In this document: in pieces, positions 52,574 through 64,000 of the stretch
How positions within the stretch are numbered: position 1 is the first letter of the stretch
Layout of the letters: every line of letters begins with the position of its first letter
The notes under the pieces: generated by a model
Database searches by the model: none
Seen by the model: only the letters and a program-made list of their open reading frames with translations
Told to the model about the DNA's origin: nothing
Made by a program: the position numbers and the translations under genes
NCBI RefSeq assembly: GCF_031769215.1
Contig: NW_026782196.1
Span: forward strand, 806,001-870,000
DNA length: 64,000 nucleotides
Direction of reading: 5' to 3'
Source of the DNA: Ylistrum balloti
Taxonomy: Eukaryota

Positions 52574-54401
52574 ACGGAGAACCAAACCCATCATTGTCTC
52601 CAGAGTCGAGTGTTCTAATTACCATTGTACAGGCGATATGTAAGTCAGATGGTACACACACTGGAGAACCAAACCCATCATAGTCTCCTGAGTCGAATGT
52701 ACTAATTACCATTGTACAGGCGATATGTAAGTCAGATGGTACACACACTGGAGAACCAAACCCATCATAGTCTCCTGAGTCGAATGTACTAATTACCATT
52801 GTACAGGCGATATGTAAGTCAGATGGTACACACACTGGAGAACCAAACCCATCATAGTCTCCTGAGTCGAATGTACTAATTACCATTGTACAGGCGATAT
52901 GTAAGTCAGATGGTACACACACTGGAGAACCAAACCCATCATTGTCTCCTGAGTCGAATGTACTAATTACCATTGTACAGGCGATATGTAAGTCAGATGG
53001 TACACACACTGGAGAACCAAACCCATCATAGTCTCCTGAGTCGAATGTACTAATTACCATTGTACAGGCGATATGTAAGTCAGATGGTACACACACTGGA
53101 GAACCAAACCCATCATAGTCTCCTATATGTACTAATTACCATTGTACAGGCGATATGTAAGTCAGATGGTACACACACTGGAGAACCAAACCCATCATAG
53201 TCTCCTGAGTCGAATGTACTAATTACCATTGTACAGGCGATATGTAAGTCAGATGGTACACACACTGGAGAACCAAACCCATCATAGTCTCCTGAGTCGA
53301 ATGTACTAATTACCATTGTACAGGCGATATGTAACAGTCAGATGGTACACACACTGGAGAACCAAACCCATCATTGTCTCCTGAGTCGAGTGTACTAATT
53401 ACCATTGTACAGGTGATATGTAAGTCAGATGGTACACACACTGGAGAACCAAACCCATCATTGTCTCCTGAGTCGAGTGTACTAATTACCATTGTACAGG
53501 CGATATGTAAGTCAGATGGTACACACACTGGAGAACCAAACCCATCATTGTCTCCTGAGTCGAGTGTACTAATTACCATTGTACAGGCGATATGTAAGTC
53601 AGATGGTACACACACTGGAGAACCAAACCCATCATTGTCTCCTGAGTCGAGTGTACTAATTACCATTGTACAGGCGATATGTAAGTCAGATGGTACACAC
53701 ACTGGAGAACCAAACCCATCATAGTCTCCTGAGTCGAATGTACTAATTACCATTGTACAGGCGATATGTAAGTCAGATGGTACACACACTGGAGAACCAA
53801 ACTCATCATAGTCTCCTGAGTCGAGTGTACTAATTACCATTGTACAGGCGATATGTAAGTCAGATGGTACACACACTGGAGAACCAAACTCATCATAGTC
53901 TCCTGAGTCGAGTGTACTAATTACCATTGTACAGGCGATATGTAAGTCAGATGGTACACACACTGGAGAACCAAACTCATCATAGTCTCCTGAGTCGAGT
54001 GTACTAATTACCATTGTACAGGTGATATGTAACAGTCAGATGGTACACACACTGGAGAACCAAACCCATCATAGTCTCCTGAGTCGAGTGTACTAATTAC
54101 CATTGTACAGGCGATATGTAAGTCAGATGGTACACACACTGGAGAACCAAACCCATCATAGTCTCCTGAGTCGAGTGTACTAATTACCATTGTACAGGTG
54201 ATATGTAACAGTCAGATGGTACACACACTGGAGAACCAAACCCATCATTGTCTCCTGAGTCGAGTGTACTAATTACCATTGTACAGGTGATATGTAAGTC
54301 AGATGGTACACAACTGGAGAACCAAACTCATCATTGTCTCCTGAGTCGAGTGTACTAATTACCATTGTACAGGTGATATGTAACAGTCAGATGGTACACA
54401 C
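52574..54401. repeat. 87-bp minisatellite (~21 copies) upstream of the promoter
   Basis: Unit ggagaaccaaacccatcatagtctcctgagtcga(a/g)tgtactaattaccattgtacaggcgatatgtaagtcagatggtacacacact; gives 29-aa repeat ORFs. Confidence 0.99.
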
Positions 54402-55714
54402 TCTCTGAGTTGACAATGACATATATATATATAAACCTCACAAGGTCTTATTCTTTATTATATCCTCTGTAAACTCTTATTTTATTTGCTGAAATGATAT
54501 TGAAAATATTAAGTAGACTGTAGATAGTACCAGGCACCAACATTTCCACTTAATTAACAACATCTTGATATCACAGTGAAATGATTCATTAATGTAAAGG
54601 TTTTTGACATCTGAAACAAACATGAAAAAGAAGATTGAAAGTATTTGGCTGTACTGAATTGTAAGGCAATCCTTAAATAGATGAACATGTGAGGTTAGAT
54701 GGTCAGACGGTGTTCCCCAACCCTGTCAAAATACCATGTGAAACCTCCATCCAGGCTGCACAACAGATGGTAGCTGTAGATTTGTTTGAGTAATATTCTT
54801 CCAACCAATTACTGCTTCATATTAACAACTAACATCCTAACCCACATGCAATTAGTCAATTTAACATGCATTGGCAATGAGGCAGACAGACTAGGCAGTT
54901 GTGAGAGACGTAAAAACTGTCGATGGGAGCTACTGGATGTAGAATTTTCATAACGTCCCAACTTAAATAATGAGTCACAGTGACAACAGAAAAGCCGCTA
55001 ATCCAGGAAGGTTATTTTTTTTCCTTTTTTATCTTCCTGATAAATTACCTTGGTTCTCTTTGTCTTCTCTGCAAAATCAATAGCTAATAAACATTTTGAT
55101 CAGACATTGAGAAGTTCATTAAGTAATAAACCGTTTTTCATTACCTTAAATGAAACAACTATTAAAACTACATTGATTAAAATTCTTTTGAGCTACAAAA
55201 TAAACTTCATTTCTGCTGATGTAATTAGTACATTTTCAAATAATAAAATTGTTTTTTACTACAGTACATAATACAGCATTTGTCTAAATGTGAACTACGA
55301 TAATTAAAACTATTCAATAAAAGAACATTTTTTTTGTGTAATAATATGTCGTCCCGGTGGAATTCTGGGCAAAGTCCGTTCATCAAACAAGTTTCCAATT
55401 TACGGATGATTTCACATTATAAGGCATCAGTATCAGTTTGACTAATCAGACAACAGTCACCTGCCTACTCACAAAGGTTTTCACCAGATACTGGGTTTGA
55501 GGCAGTATGACATCACAGAAACAAAGCATTTTATAGTTAGTAAATGGTTATGTAGACATTTTCTCAAGGGGAGTTCACAGACAATGGCTGATACTTCAGG
55601 AGAGACATATCAAAATATGCATATAATCTTCTCAGGTAAGAGAATCCTCAAGCATGTATTTAAAACAAAGAGATTGAACCTTCAGGAGTAGCATCCTCAC
55701 AAGTAGGACAGTCC

Positions 55715-56285
55715 TAAAGCAAATTAGTCCTACAAGGAATTAGACCTTTAGAAACAGTATCCACACAGGTTACACAATCCTAAAGGAAATTAGTGCTACA
55801 AGGAATTAGACCTTTAGAAACAGTATCCACACAGGTTAGACAACTCTAAAGCAAATGAGTCCTACAACTCTAAAGGAAATGAGTCCTACAGGGAATTAGA
55901 CCTTTAGAAACAGTATCCTCACAGGTTAGACAACTCTAAAGCAAATGAGTCCTACAACTCTAAAGGAAATTAGTGCTACAAGGAATTAGACCTTTAGAAA
56001 CAGTATCCACACAGGTTAGACAACTCTAAAGCAAATGCGTCCTACAACTCTAAAGGAAATTAGTGCTACAAGGAATTAGACCTTTAGAAACAGTATCCAC
56101 ACAGGTTAGACAACTCTAAAGCAAATGCGTCCTACAACTCTAAAGGAAATTAGTGCTACAAGGAATTAGACCTTTAGAAACAGTATCCACACAGGTTAGA
56201 CAACTCTAAAGCAAATGAGTCCTACAACTCTAAAGGAAATTAGTGCTACAAGGAATTAGACCTTTAGAAACAGTATCCTCACAAG
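55715..56285. repeat. 90-bp minisatellite (~6 copies) with an internal sub-duplication
   Basis: aggaattagacctttagaaacagtatcc recurs at 55801, 55891, 55981, 56071, 56161 and 56251; acaactctaaag occurs twice per unit. Confidence 0.95.
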
Positions 56286-57772
56286 GCAGGACTATCCTTC
56301 AAGACATAGGGTTTGTTGTACACTCTTAAATCAATCAGTGTTGATAAAACTTCAGTGACTAAAAGTACATTCTAACTATATCAAAGGATTATGGGTAAAA
56401 ATATTCTTTACAACATGATTTACTACAGCACACATTTTACACTCCATAACCTCAAGAAATACACAAGTATGTCACACCCAATCACAACACCATTTATGCA
56501 TCAAATTTATGGCAGATGACTTTTACATACTATAGTTTTTGTTGTAACATGATATGGCTTTCACAACTTTTGATCTGAGATGGTTTGAAAGACTATAGAT
56601 GAAAGGCCAGTAACAAGGAGATTAACAGAACACAGCCAACAGGGCCAGGGGCCAAGTCTAAACAGGCCAGATTTGTGTTCGTGGCTAGATAATCATCCTG
56701 GGTTAATTTTACACCACATTTTGTTATTTTTAGTTTTACGTTTAACCTTGTCGACATGCCTTGTGAAAACAGTGGTATCCTTTAAGGGAAGAAAACCTTT
56801 TACTTGGAATGCTCCATTGTTTCAGTAGATCTAGGAATCATTTAAGGTCAAACCATGATCACTGAGATTTGATTTACTTCGATCGTACCCCAGTACTTAC
56901 CGTTATTTATAAACCCTTATATAAAGAATTTTGCTAAAACTTCTTCAAGTTTATAAAAGAAGTAGCTATTAAAAAATTTACCCCTAATTTTTTATTCCAA
57001 ACTTTACATTTAAGCCATTATATCAAAATATAGTTATTCAGGAGTAGTGCAATTAAAAGAAAATATAAATGGTTAGTAATTGAGACAGAGAATTACAAGT
57101 GATGTAATCAGTACCTCCTTTGTCTAGGAAATAAGTAAAATATTTGCACTTATAGAAGATCAGATCTGTAAACAATGCAAAACAACAAAAATTATTGGAT
57201 GAAAATTTGCCTTTCCTCTTCCCTCTTTGTTTCCTGCTTAACTTCCTTGATTGTTATAAGAAAAGCACTTTAAAAAAAAAATGTTGGCCCCCACCTGACA
57301 AATCCTTTAAACTCCTTCAATAACGCTCTCTCTGCTATCACATGCAGCAGAGCAACTGTTCTGCTGTTTACACTGTAGTTTTATATGTTTAACATCTGGA
57401 AAATTTAGGTTTACTCTCTTGAAAGTTTAGGTACACTGAGTTTTTTCTTTAGAGTAGTAAGAGGAAGAAAATAATATGATGTAACATTTGGTAAATCAAT
57501 TTACAACAGAAATAAGTTGTCAAAGACAATGGAAGATTTCTTCTGATTACAATCATTACACAATCTACTCATAATGATTTTTATAGCAAAAGCTCTTTGT
57601 AAATTTATTAAGATAATTGATTTAGTCCTCCAAATTTGATTTTGTAATGCTCCCATATACAATCCAAATTTTAGATATTTTTTTTGTGACTACTCAGCAT
57701 TTTAAGTAAAATCTAACTATTCCTCTAATATGACTGAGGTATATAATTGACCGACACATTTGTTTTTTCAGA

Positions 57773-57975
57773 CCCTGTGTTACGTGTTTGTCCATCAGTT
57801 GTTGACTTCTTCTCTGAAAATCATGATAATGGGAACAGGACCTTGAATATCAAATCAACTGTGACATGTAAATATCATAGGTTGGAGATGCAGGGTATTG
57901 CTATCTAGAAATGGAAATTTCACAAAAGGGAAAATGAAGTAATCACGTTTATCATACAGTTTGGTGGAAAGTTGT
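57773..57975 (-). pseudogene. Decayed Penelope-like retroelement reverse-transcriptase C-terminal fragment
   Basis: Minus strand reads LSTKLYDKRDYFIFPFVKFPFLDSN, then after a frameshift PASPTYDIYMSQLI*YSRSCSHYHDFQRRSQQLMDKHVTQG. This matches the PLE RT pattern I recall: LYDKRDDFNFPIVNFPFLxSNIPxxPAYGVYISQLIRYxRACS. Confidence 0.8.
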
Positions 57976-59094
57976 AGGAAGAGTTCAATACAAGCAGCTG
58001 ATGTGTTTAACCAAGCGAAGGTCATTTGTGCTATCATAATCTTTTTGACCAAGAGACCACTTAAAGGGTCTTTAACGTACTTGCCAAATTGAATTTAGCA
58101 AACTTAATACGCAACACAGTAAGGTTTTCTCTCCAAAATTGAATATCTTATAAAACACTGTATCACTCAGTGCAAACATTTCACATCCAGGAAATGACAT
58201 CACATTGAGGAGATGTTAGTTATCAATCCTGACGGCTTACCATGTTTGTTTATTGCTACGCAATCCACCACACACTGTTTCCCAAACTCGAAAACTTTGG
58301 GTCTTTCAACATGCAGACATTACTGCTGACATTACATCAACATGGGTTGACATCTCCCACATGTTCGCCAGACTTAACTAAATTATTCAACAGCCTGTAC
58401 AGTTACTCAAGTCATTGCATTGCATCTACTGACAGTCTTACACTTGTGATGTTTGGGTTACCTTTTTAGTATTAATCTTTAAATGTTACAACAATAATTG
58501 ATATCATTCAAAATTAATTGATATCACTTAATCGAATTATCAATATCATTTATTCATTTAGTGATATCACTAATTTGATTTGCCAATAAACTGGACTTTG
58601 TAATTCTGTTAGGAAAAAACACTAAATGTAGTGTCTTATTATATGGATCATGCACAATCCTCTTTGACATTTATTGAGTGAACAAGGTTTAGGTATCCTT
58701 AAAATGATGAACTTCTGTCTGCAAATATTTTTAAGAATAGAAATATTCAAATGGCATTGACTTATAAAACTCAACATTCAAAAACCTGAAAACTAGCAAA
58801 ACATTTCAAAATGGGTTGCAACCTAAATGACGCTCATATTTTTCTGCCTGTCATTACCAAGTAGAAGTGATTGATTGGATGTCATATGAGCTTCAGGACA
58901 TCCTCATCCTCATTATAATGACGCATTGGTTTGATGGCAACAAAATTGAGTGTTGTGTATAACTGACAGTAAAAATCTGGGAGAAATATTTGTAATACTG
59001 GTATCCAATGTCTTGAGTGAAAAACATTAATATAAACTTTATTTATTTTACAACAATTACGAAACAAGTTATTTCAACTAATACTAATCACTCT

Positions 59095-59260
59095 TGTTGG
59101 CCGTGATGTAAGCGCGTGAGGGGTCTTATTGTTGAAGTGCCTGAGGAAAACCCACGTGGTGGGACAGGTGACCCTTACCTTTTCACATCTGTTCCAGGAG
59201 TCGAACCCTGGACAGCTGGGTGAAAGACGAGTGCGTTACCAATGTGCCACCCGACCACCC
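59095..59260 (-). mobile_element. tRNA-derived SINE
   Basis: A box TGGCACATTGG (59239-59249) and B box GGTTCGACTCC (59197-59207) on the minus strand, followed by a gtgggttttcctcaggcacttc core. Confidence 0.8.
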
Positions 59261-60727
59261 AAGATGAAAAACATTTATCTTGTAGGATTTCAAGAATTAA
59301 CAAGAATTCATTCCAAAGTTCAAACTCACTGAACTTTATATGAGAGGTCCATCACATACTATCTGGAGCAATTTGGGTAAGTGTGTTTTCTAAGGATGCC
59401 ACCACAACAGTGTAGGAGAGTCTGTGATCTCAGTAAACTCATCACTATCCACAGACATACATATGTACACACAAATTATTAACATGTATATGTACTCCCT
59501 TTCATTAAGCAGGCATATAAAAAAGAGCAAAGAATTGGTGGCAATTCATTTAATTCCGTGGAAGTTAAGTAAAGGTCAGCAAAAAATATAATTTCCTTCA
59601 TCTAGTAGGATTCTGCAGTTCTCCAGCTACCAAGCTGCTACGTCTGTCAAAAATGTTATTGCAAATTGTTTCGGAATTGCATTTAGCTTGCTCTTACCAT
59701 ACAATATAAGCTTAGAATAATCATCTATATAGCAGTTTTTACCCAATGTTATATTAATCTTCAAAACATGAACACATACACTTAAGGTTTAAAATTGAAC
59801 TTTAGCCCACCTTTTCCTTTTCTCCTGCTGGCAAAAAGGTGACTTGAGTGAACGTTTCCTGTATACAATACACAGTAATTATCAGTTTCCTACATTTTTT
59901 TATGTCTGTTAAATAGCAAATTGGAATTTGGTAGTTATGTATATACTCTATCATCCTTGTGTCCTTAGATATCCTTTCTGACTACATTTAACCTTTAACC
60001 TTTGTTTATTTATACATTTCAGTGTTTTTTCTGTGAGTTATACCCATTCTGTGCCAATCTTATATAAAATCTGTCCATATATAGAGTTCTTAAGCAAGCA
60101 ATCAATTCTAATACAACACTATAAACAATTCTGTATTGGCGGTTTATTCACATTTGATGAGATTCCTGGAAGTTATGCTGTTTTTATGATATCTTTATTC
60201 CTAATATGAAGTTTGGAACATTGGAGGTTAGTTTACAGCGCTTGTAATCTGTGCCGAAATTTGTATGTATATTATTTTCTAAATCAAATATTTTCTGTTG
60301 AGAATACACCTTTCATAACATCCCAATACAGTTATGTATGGATGCTGGGAGCATTATAAAGCTAGTCTGTGTCTAGATTATTGTATGTAATGTAGAACTA
60401 TGGCTGATAAAAAAATATGCTATTTAAAACTCAACTGACTTAATCATAAGTTTTATCCAATATCACATCTGCAAGATGCAAAAGAACGGCTCTACTGTTT
60501 AAAACAGAAATTAAATTTTTTGTGTCACAAAATGTCAAAACCTGTTTCCTATGGTTTTATATGGATAGGATTTATCACTGTCATGTGACTTAGTATTATG
60601 CAATAAACACTGTTAGTGAGCGATTCAGTCTCCCTCAAATCAATAAGTTACAGAGATACCAAAATTACCAAAACACATAGAGTAGACAAACTTGTAACAT
60701 TATGGAGTGAAACTAACCTTGTTACTC

Positions 60728-61790
60728 AATACTGGAAAAATACACATCACACTACCCCAAGTACTCAGAACTGGAAAAATACACATCACACTAACCCCCA
60801 GTACTCAGAACTGGAAAAATACACATCACACTAACCCCCAGTAGTCACAACTGGAAAAATACACATCACACTAACCCCCAGTACTCAGAACTGGAAAATT
60901 ACACATCACACTAACCCCCAGTACTCAGAACTGGAAAAATACACACATCACACTACCCCTAGTACTCAGAACTGGAAAATTACACATCACACTACCCCCA
61001 GTACTCAGAACTGGAAAAATACACATCACACTACCCCCAGTACTCAGAACTGGAAAAATACACATCACACTATCCCCAGTACTCAGAACTGGAAAAACAC
61101 AAACATCACACTACCCCCAGTACTCAGAACTGGAAATACAAACACCACACTACCCACAGTACTCAGAACTGGAAAAATACACACACCACACTACCCCCTG
61201 TACTCAGAACTGGAAATACACACATCACACTACCCCAAGTACTCAGAACTGGAAAAATACACATCACACTACCCCCAGTACTCAGAACTGGAAAAATACA
61301 AATCACACTTCCCCAGTACTCAGAACTGGAAATACACACACCACACTACCCCCAGCACTCAGAACTGGAAATACAAACACCACACTACCCACAGTACTCA
61401 GAACTGGAAAAATACACATCACACTACCCCCAGTACTCGGAACTGGAAATACACACATCACACTACCCCCAGTACTCAGAACTGGAAATACACACATCAC
61501 ACTACCCCCAGTACTCAGAACTGGAAATACAAACACCACACTACCCCCAGTACTCAGAACTGGAAGAATACACACACCACACTACTCCCAGTACTAAGAA
61601 CTGGAAAAATACACATCACACTACCCCCAGTACTCAGAACTGGAAATACACACATCACACTACCCCCAGTACTCAGAACTGAAAATACACACACCACACT
61701 ACCCCCAGTACTCAATACTGGAAATACACACACCACACTACCCTCAGTACTCTTAACTGGAAATACTCAACACTGGAAATACACATACCA
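60728..61790. repeat. ~38-40-bp minisatellite (~27 copies)
   Basis: Unit cagtactcagaactggaaaaatacacatcacactaccc with variable A and C runs. Confidence 0.97.
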
Positions 61791-64000
61791 CACTATACTT
61801 CCAGTGAAATCATATCCCTAGAACCAAGCACAAGCTGAATAATAAGACAAAATCTTACGCACACCAATGAACTGGACAAAGTACTATTTAATTGGTTATA
61901 ATTGAATGGTTACAGTGCTTTTGAATTAGTACAAAACTATCAGAACATATCATTCACTCTCCACTGATCCTATCAATATAACAACTACATGGTTAAGAAA
62001 TGATTAGCGCTTTTAGAAACACTCCTAGTAAGTTACCTACACTTCACTGGTGTACTACTTAAACCGTTTACAGTTGATAAAGATTTTACATACACATACA
62101 GAGAGAGCTTAAACAACAAATGAAACAGAAGGGTCCAGCAATGGAAGATTGTAGCTGTTCCTCACAGAAGCTTTCTGTCTAATACAATTTCTCAAGCATG
62201 TTGGTTACAAGCATTATCATGATAGAATTAAAGCAATATGTACTGCAGACACTATATAATTCACCCAGTACAAACATCTCAAGGACTTGACAAATAAAAC
62301 AGAAATTGCCAACATCACCACAGTTACAGGTTTTATTGCAGGGCTTATGCAAGTGTATGTTTTTGTGTGTTGGTGTTGTGTTAGGCGCTGCCTGGCCAGT
62401 TATTTCTGCCTCTCCTAAACGTTTTACAACAGTCAACAAACGTTATTCATTTGTTTATGATAACAGCGTGATTCATTTGTACCAGTGGTCCACTCCACTG
62501 ATAACTTCATTGATTGTTACGTCATACAAACCTTTTCCTTACAGAAATGATGGACAACTGCAATAACATTATATGCATGTACAGTCTGAGTCAGACACAA
62601 AGATGATTGGGAAAAGCATCAAGACAGGAGAAAGACCAAGTCTGACTTAATAGCAACTATTGGTGTATCAGATTTAATCTGCAGTAAGCCATATTCTCTG
62701 TCTGATTGATTCTGGTTTAGGCAAGAATTCAGGGCTTGTTCCATTGACTCACAGACTGCACTGGGAACCCCAACATTTGTTCTAGAACAAGGCAATTGTC
62801 AATATGTTTCCAGTTATATCACACACAAAAAAATCTTTCCATCGACTGACACAAAACGATTGACAATATCTTTTCAAACTTAATAGTTTTATTTTCAAAA
62901 CATGACACAGTAGTACTTATGCAATATGTCTTCTGTATAGCAATATTTCCCACCTACTGAATAGTATTCTTGTGTAAAAGTTCCAGTGTAAAAATCACCT
63001 TACCAGTCTAGGCTACTAGGGAATTTCGTTTAGTCCAGCTGTAGAGAGTCGGCTAGAGACCATAACGTCACTAGTTCAAACCCCATTAACAACAGGGAAT
63101 TTTTCACAACTCATTCCTATTTCAATTATATTCTTAGTCCTGTATTGAAATCACAAACCAAAATGCCCTCTAAAAAGTCCACAATAGATGGACTGCTAGG
63201 CAAGTAAGCAGCCTGGTTCACTTCCTGGTCATTCAGGACAGGCTACTATAACAGCCCCTAAAATTTGTAAAGACCAGTCTGACTGAATTTATTTCTTTCC
63301 TTGCTTATCTGCCTCTTCCATGGTTTGATATTATCAACTTTTTGTCAGAAACTTGACATTTCTAAAATACTGTATATCTTTAAGACTTATCTCAATATGA
63401 TGTAATTTTTTCCTTTCTCCTAGTAAGGAGATTTCTACTGAAAAACCTTACCTAAAAATAATGTTTGAACACTGTTATATTATGAGTGCCGGGCAGGACA
63501 CATATACCTAAGAGTACATTCATAATTTCCCCTTCCTAATTATGTAATAGTTATTAAGTATGAGTTAAACAATACCTGTTTTACTACCCGAGACTGGCTA
63601 TAAACCAGTATGTTATAATCACTTACCAGCTCTGTATTACATCAACTCTCCACAGGATGTTTCAAGTCTGTGAGGTCTGTTTGGGCAAGTCTGTCACCAA
63701 TTATAGGGACAGTATAAACTAATGAGGATCAAACAATCATTTCACCAGGAGGTGACAACATTAAATACTTTTTCCATCAGAAATTAAACCTGCAGTGAAA
63801 TAAAGATGTTAAATGCACATTTCAAACTCAGGAGCACTTTTAAAGAAGCTTATTTCAAATCACAAACATTTGTTTTCGGCTGTCCTTTGTTCAACAAATA
63901 AATCTCAACTATTTAGATCAGGTTTGAGATCCTTTGTGGTACTCATCACAGCAATAACTGTATCACCTGTTACTGATTGTGTAACCTGATTAAATCAGAA

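Noticed and set aside
52404-54190. 230-aa and 234-aa ORFs with a MVISTxDSGDYDGFGSPVCVPSDLHIACT repeat
   Set aside because: 87-bp minisatellite, open on both strands and broken by small indels; no splice context or recognisable domain.

Overview
AT-rich animal genomic DNA, probably lophotrochozoan or molluscan (inferred from the repeat landscape only). The window is dominated by one intron-rich minus-strand gene of the dihydropyrimidinase/CRMP (DPYS/DPYSL) family. Ten coding exon positions could be joined by hand in correct phase. They run from a 15-codon first exon at 49378-49422 (MTNRTPVKKVPIHLQ), across a ~32.5 kb first intron, to exon 10 at 787-928, giving 374 codons; the 3' end lies left of the window. 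The main finding is a pair of tandem, equal-length (121 nt) paralogous exons, 8a (3676-3796) and 8b (3001-3121), of which the reading frame allows exactly one. Exon 8a keeps the metal-binding His (VHVMS, enzyme type) and 8b replaces it with Lys (CKIMS, CRMP type), so one locus can encode both the enzyme and a CRMP-like pseudo-enzyme. Intron 1 holds candidate alternative first exons. The window has about 16 unrelated minisatellite arrays; two were amplified from splice-junction sequence, one forming a tandem array of decoy donors and stop-containing pseudo-exons. Also present are tRNA-derived SINE copies, a decayed Penelope-like RT fragment, a CpG-rich promoter region and a 203-N assembly gap. 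The long ORFs in the supplied track are tandem-repeat artefacts.
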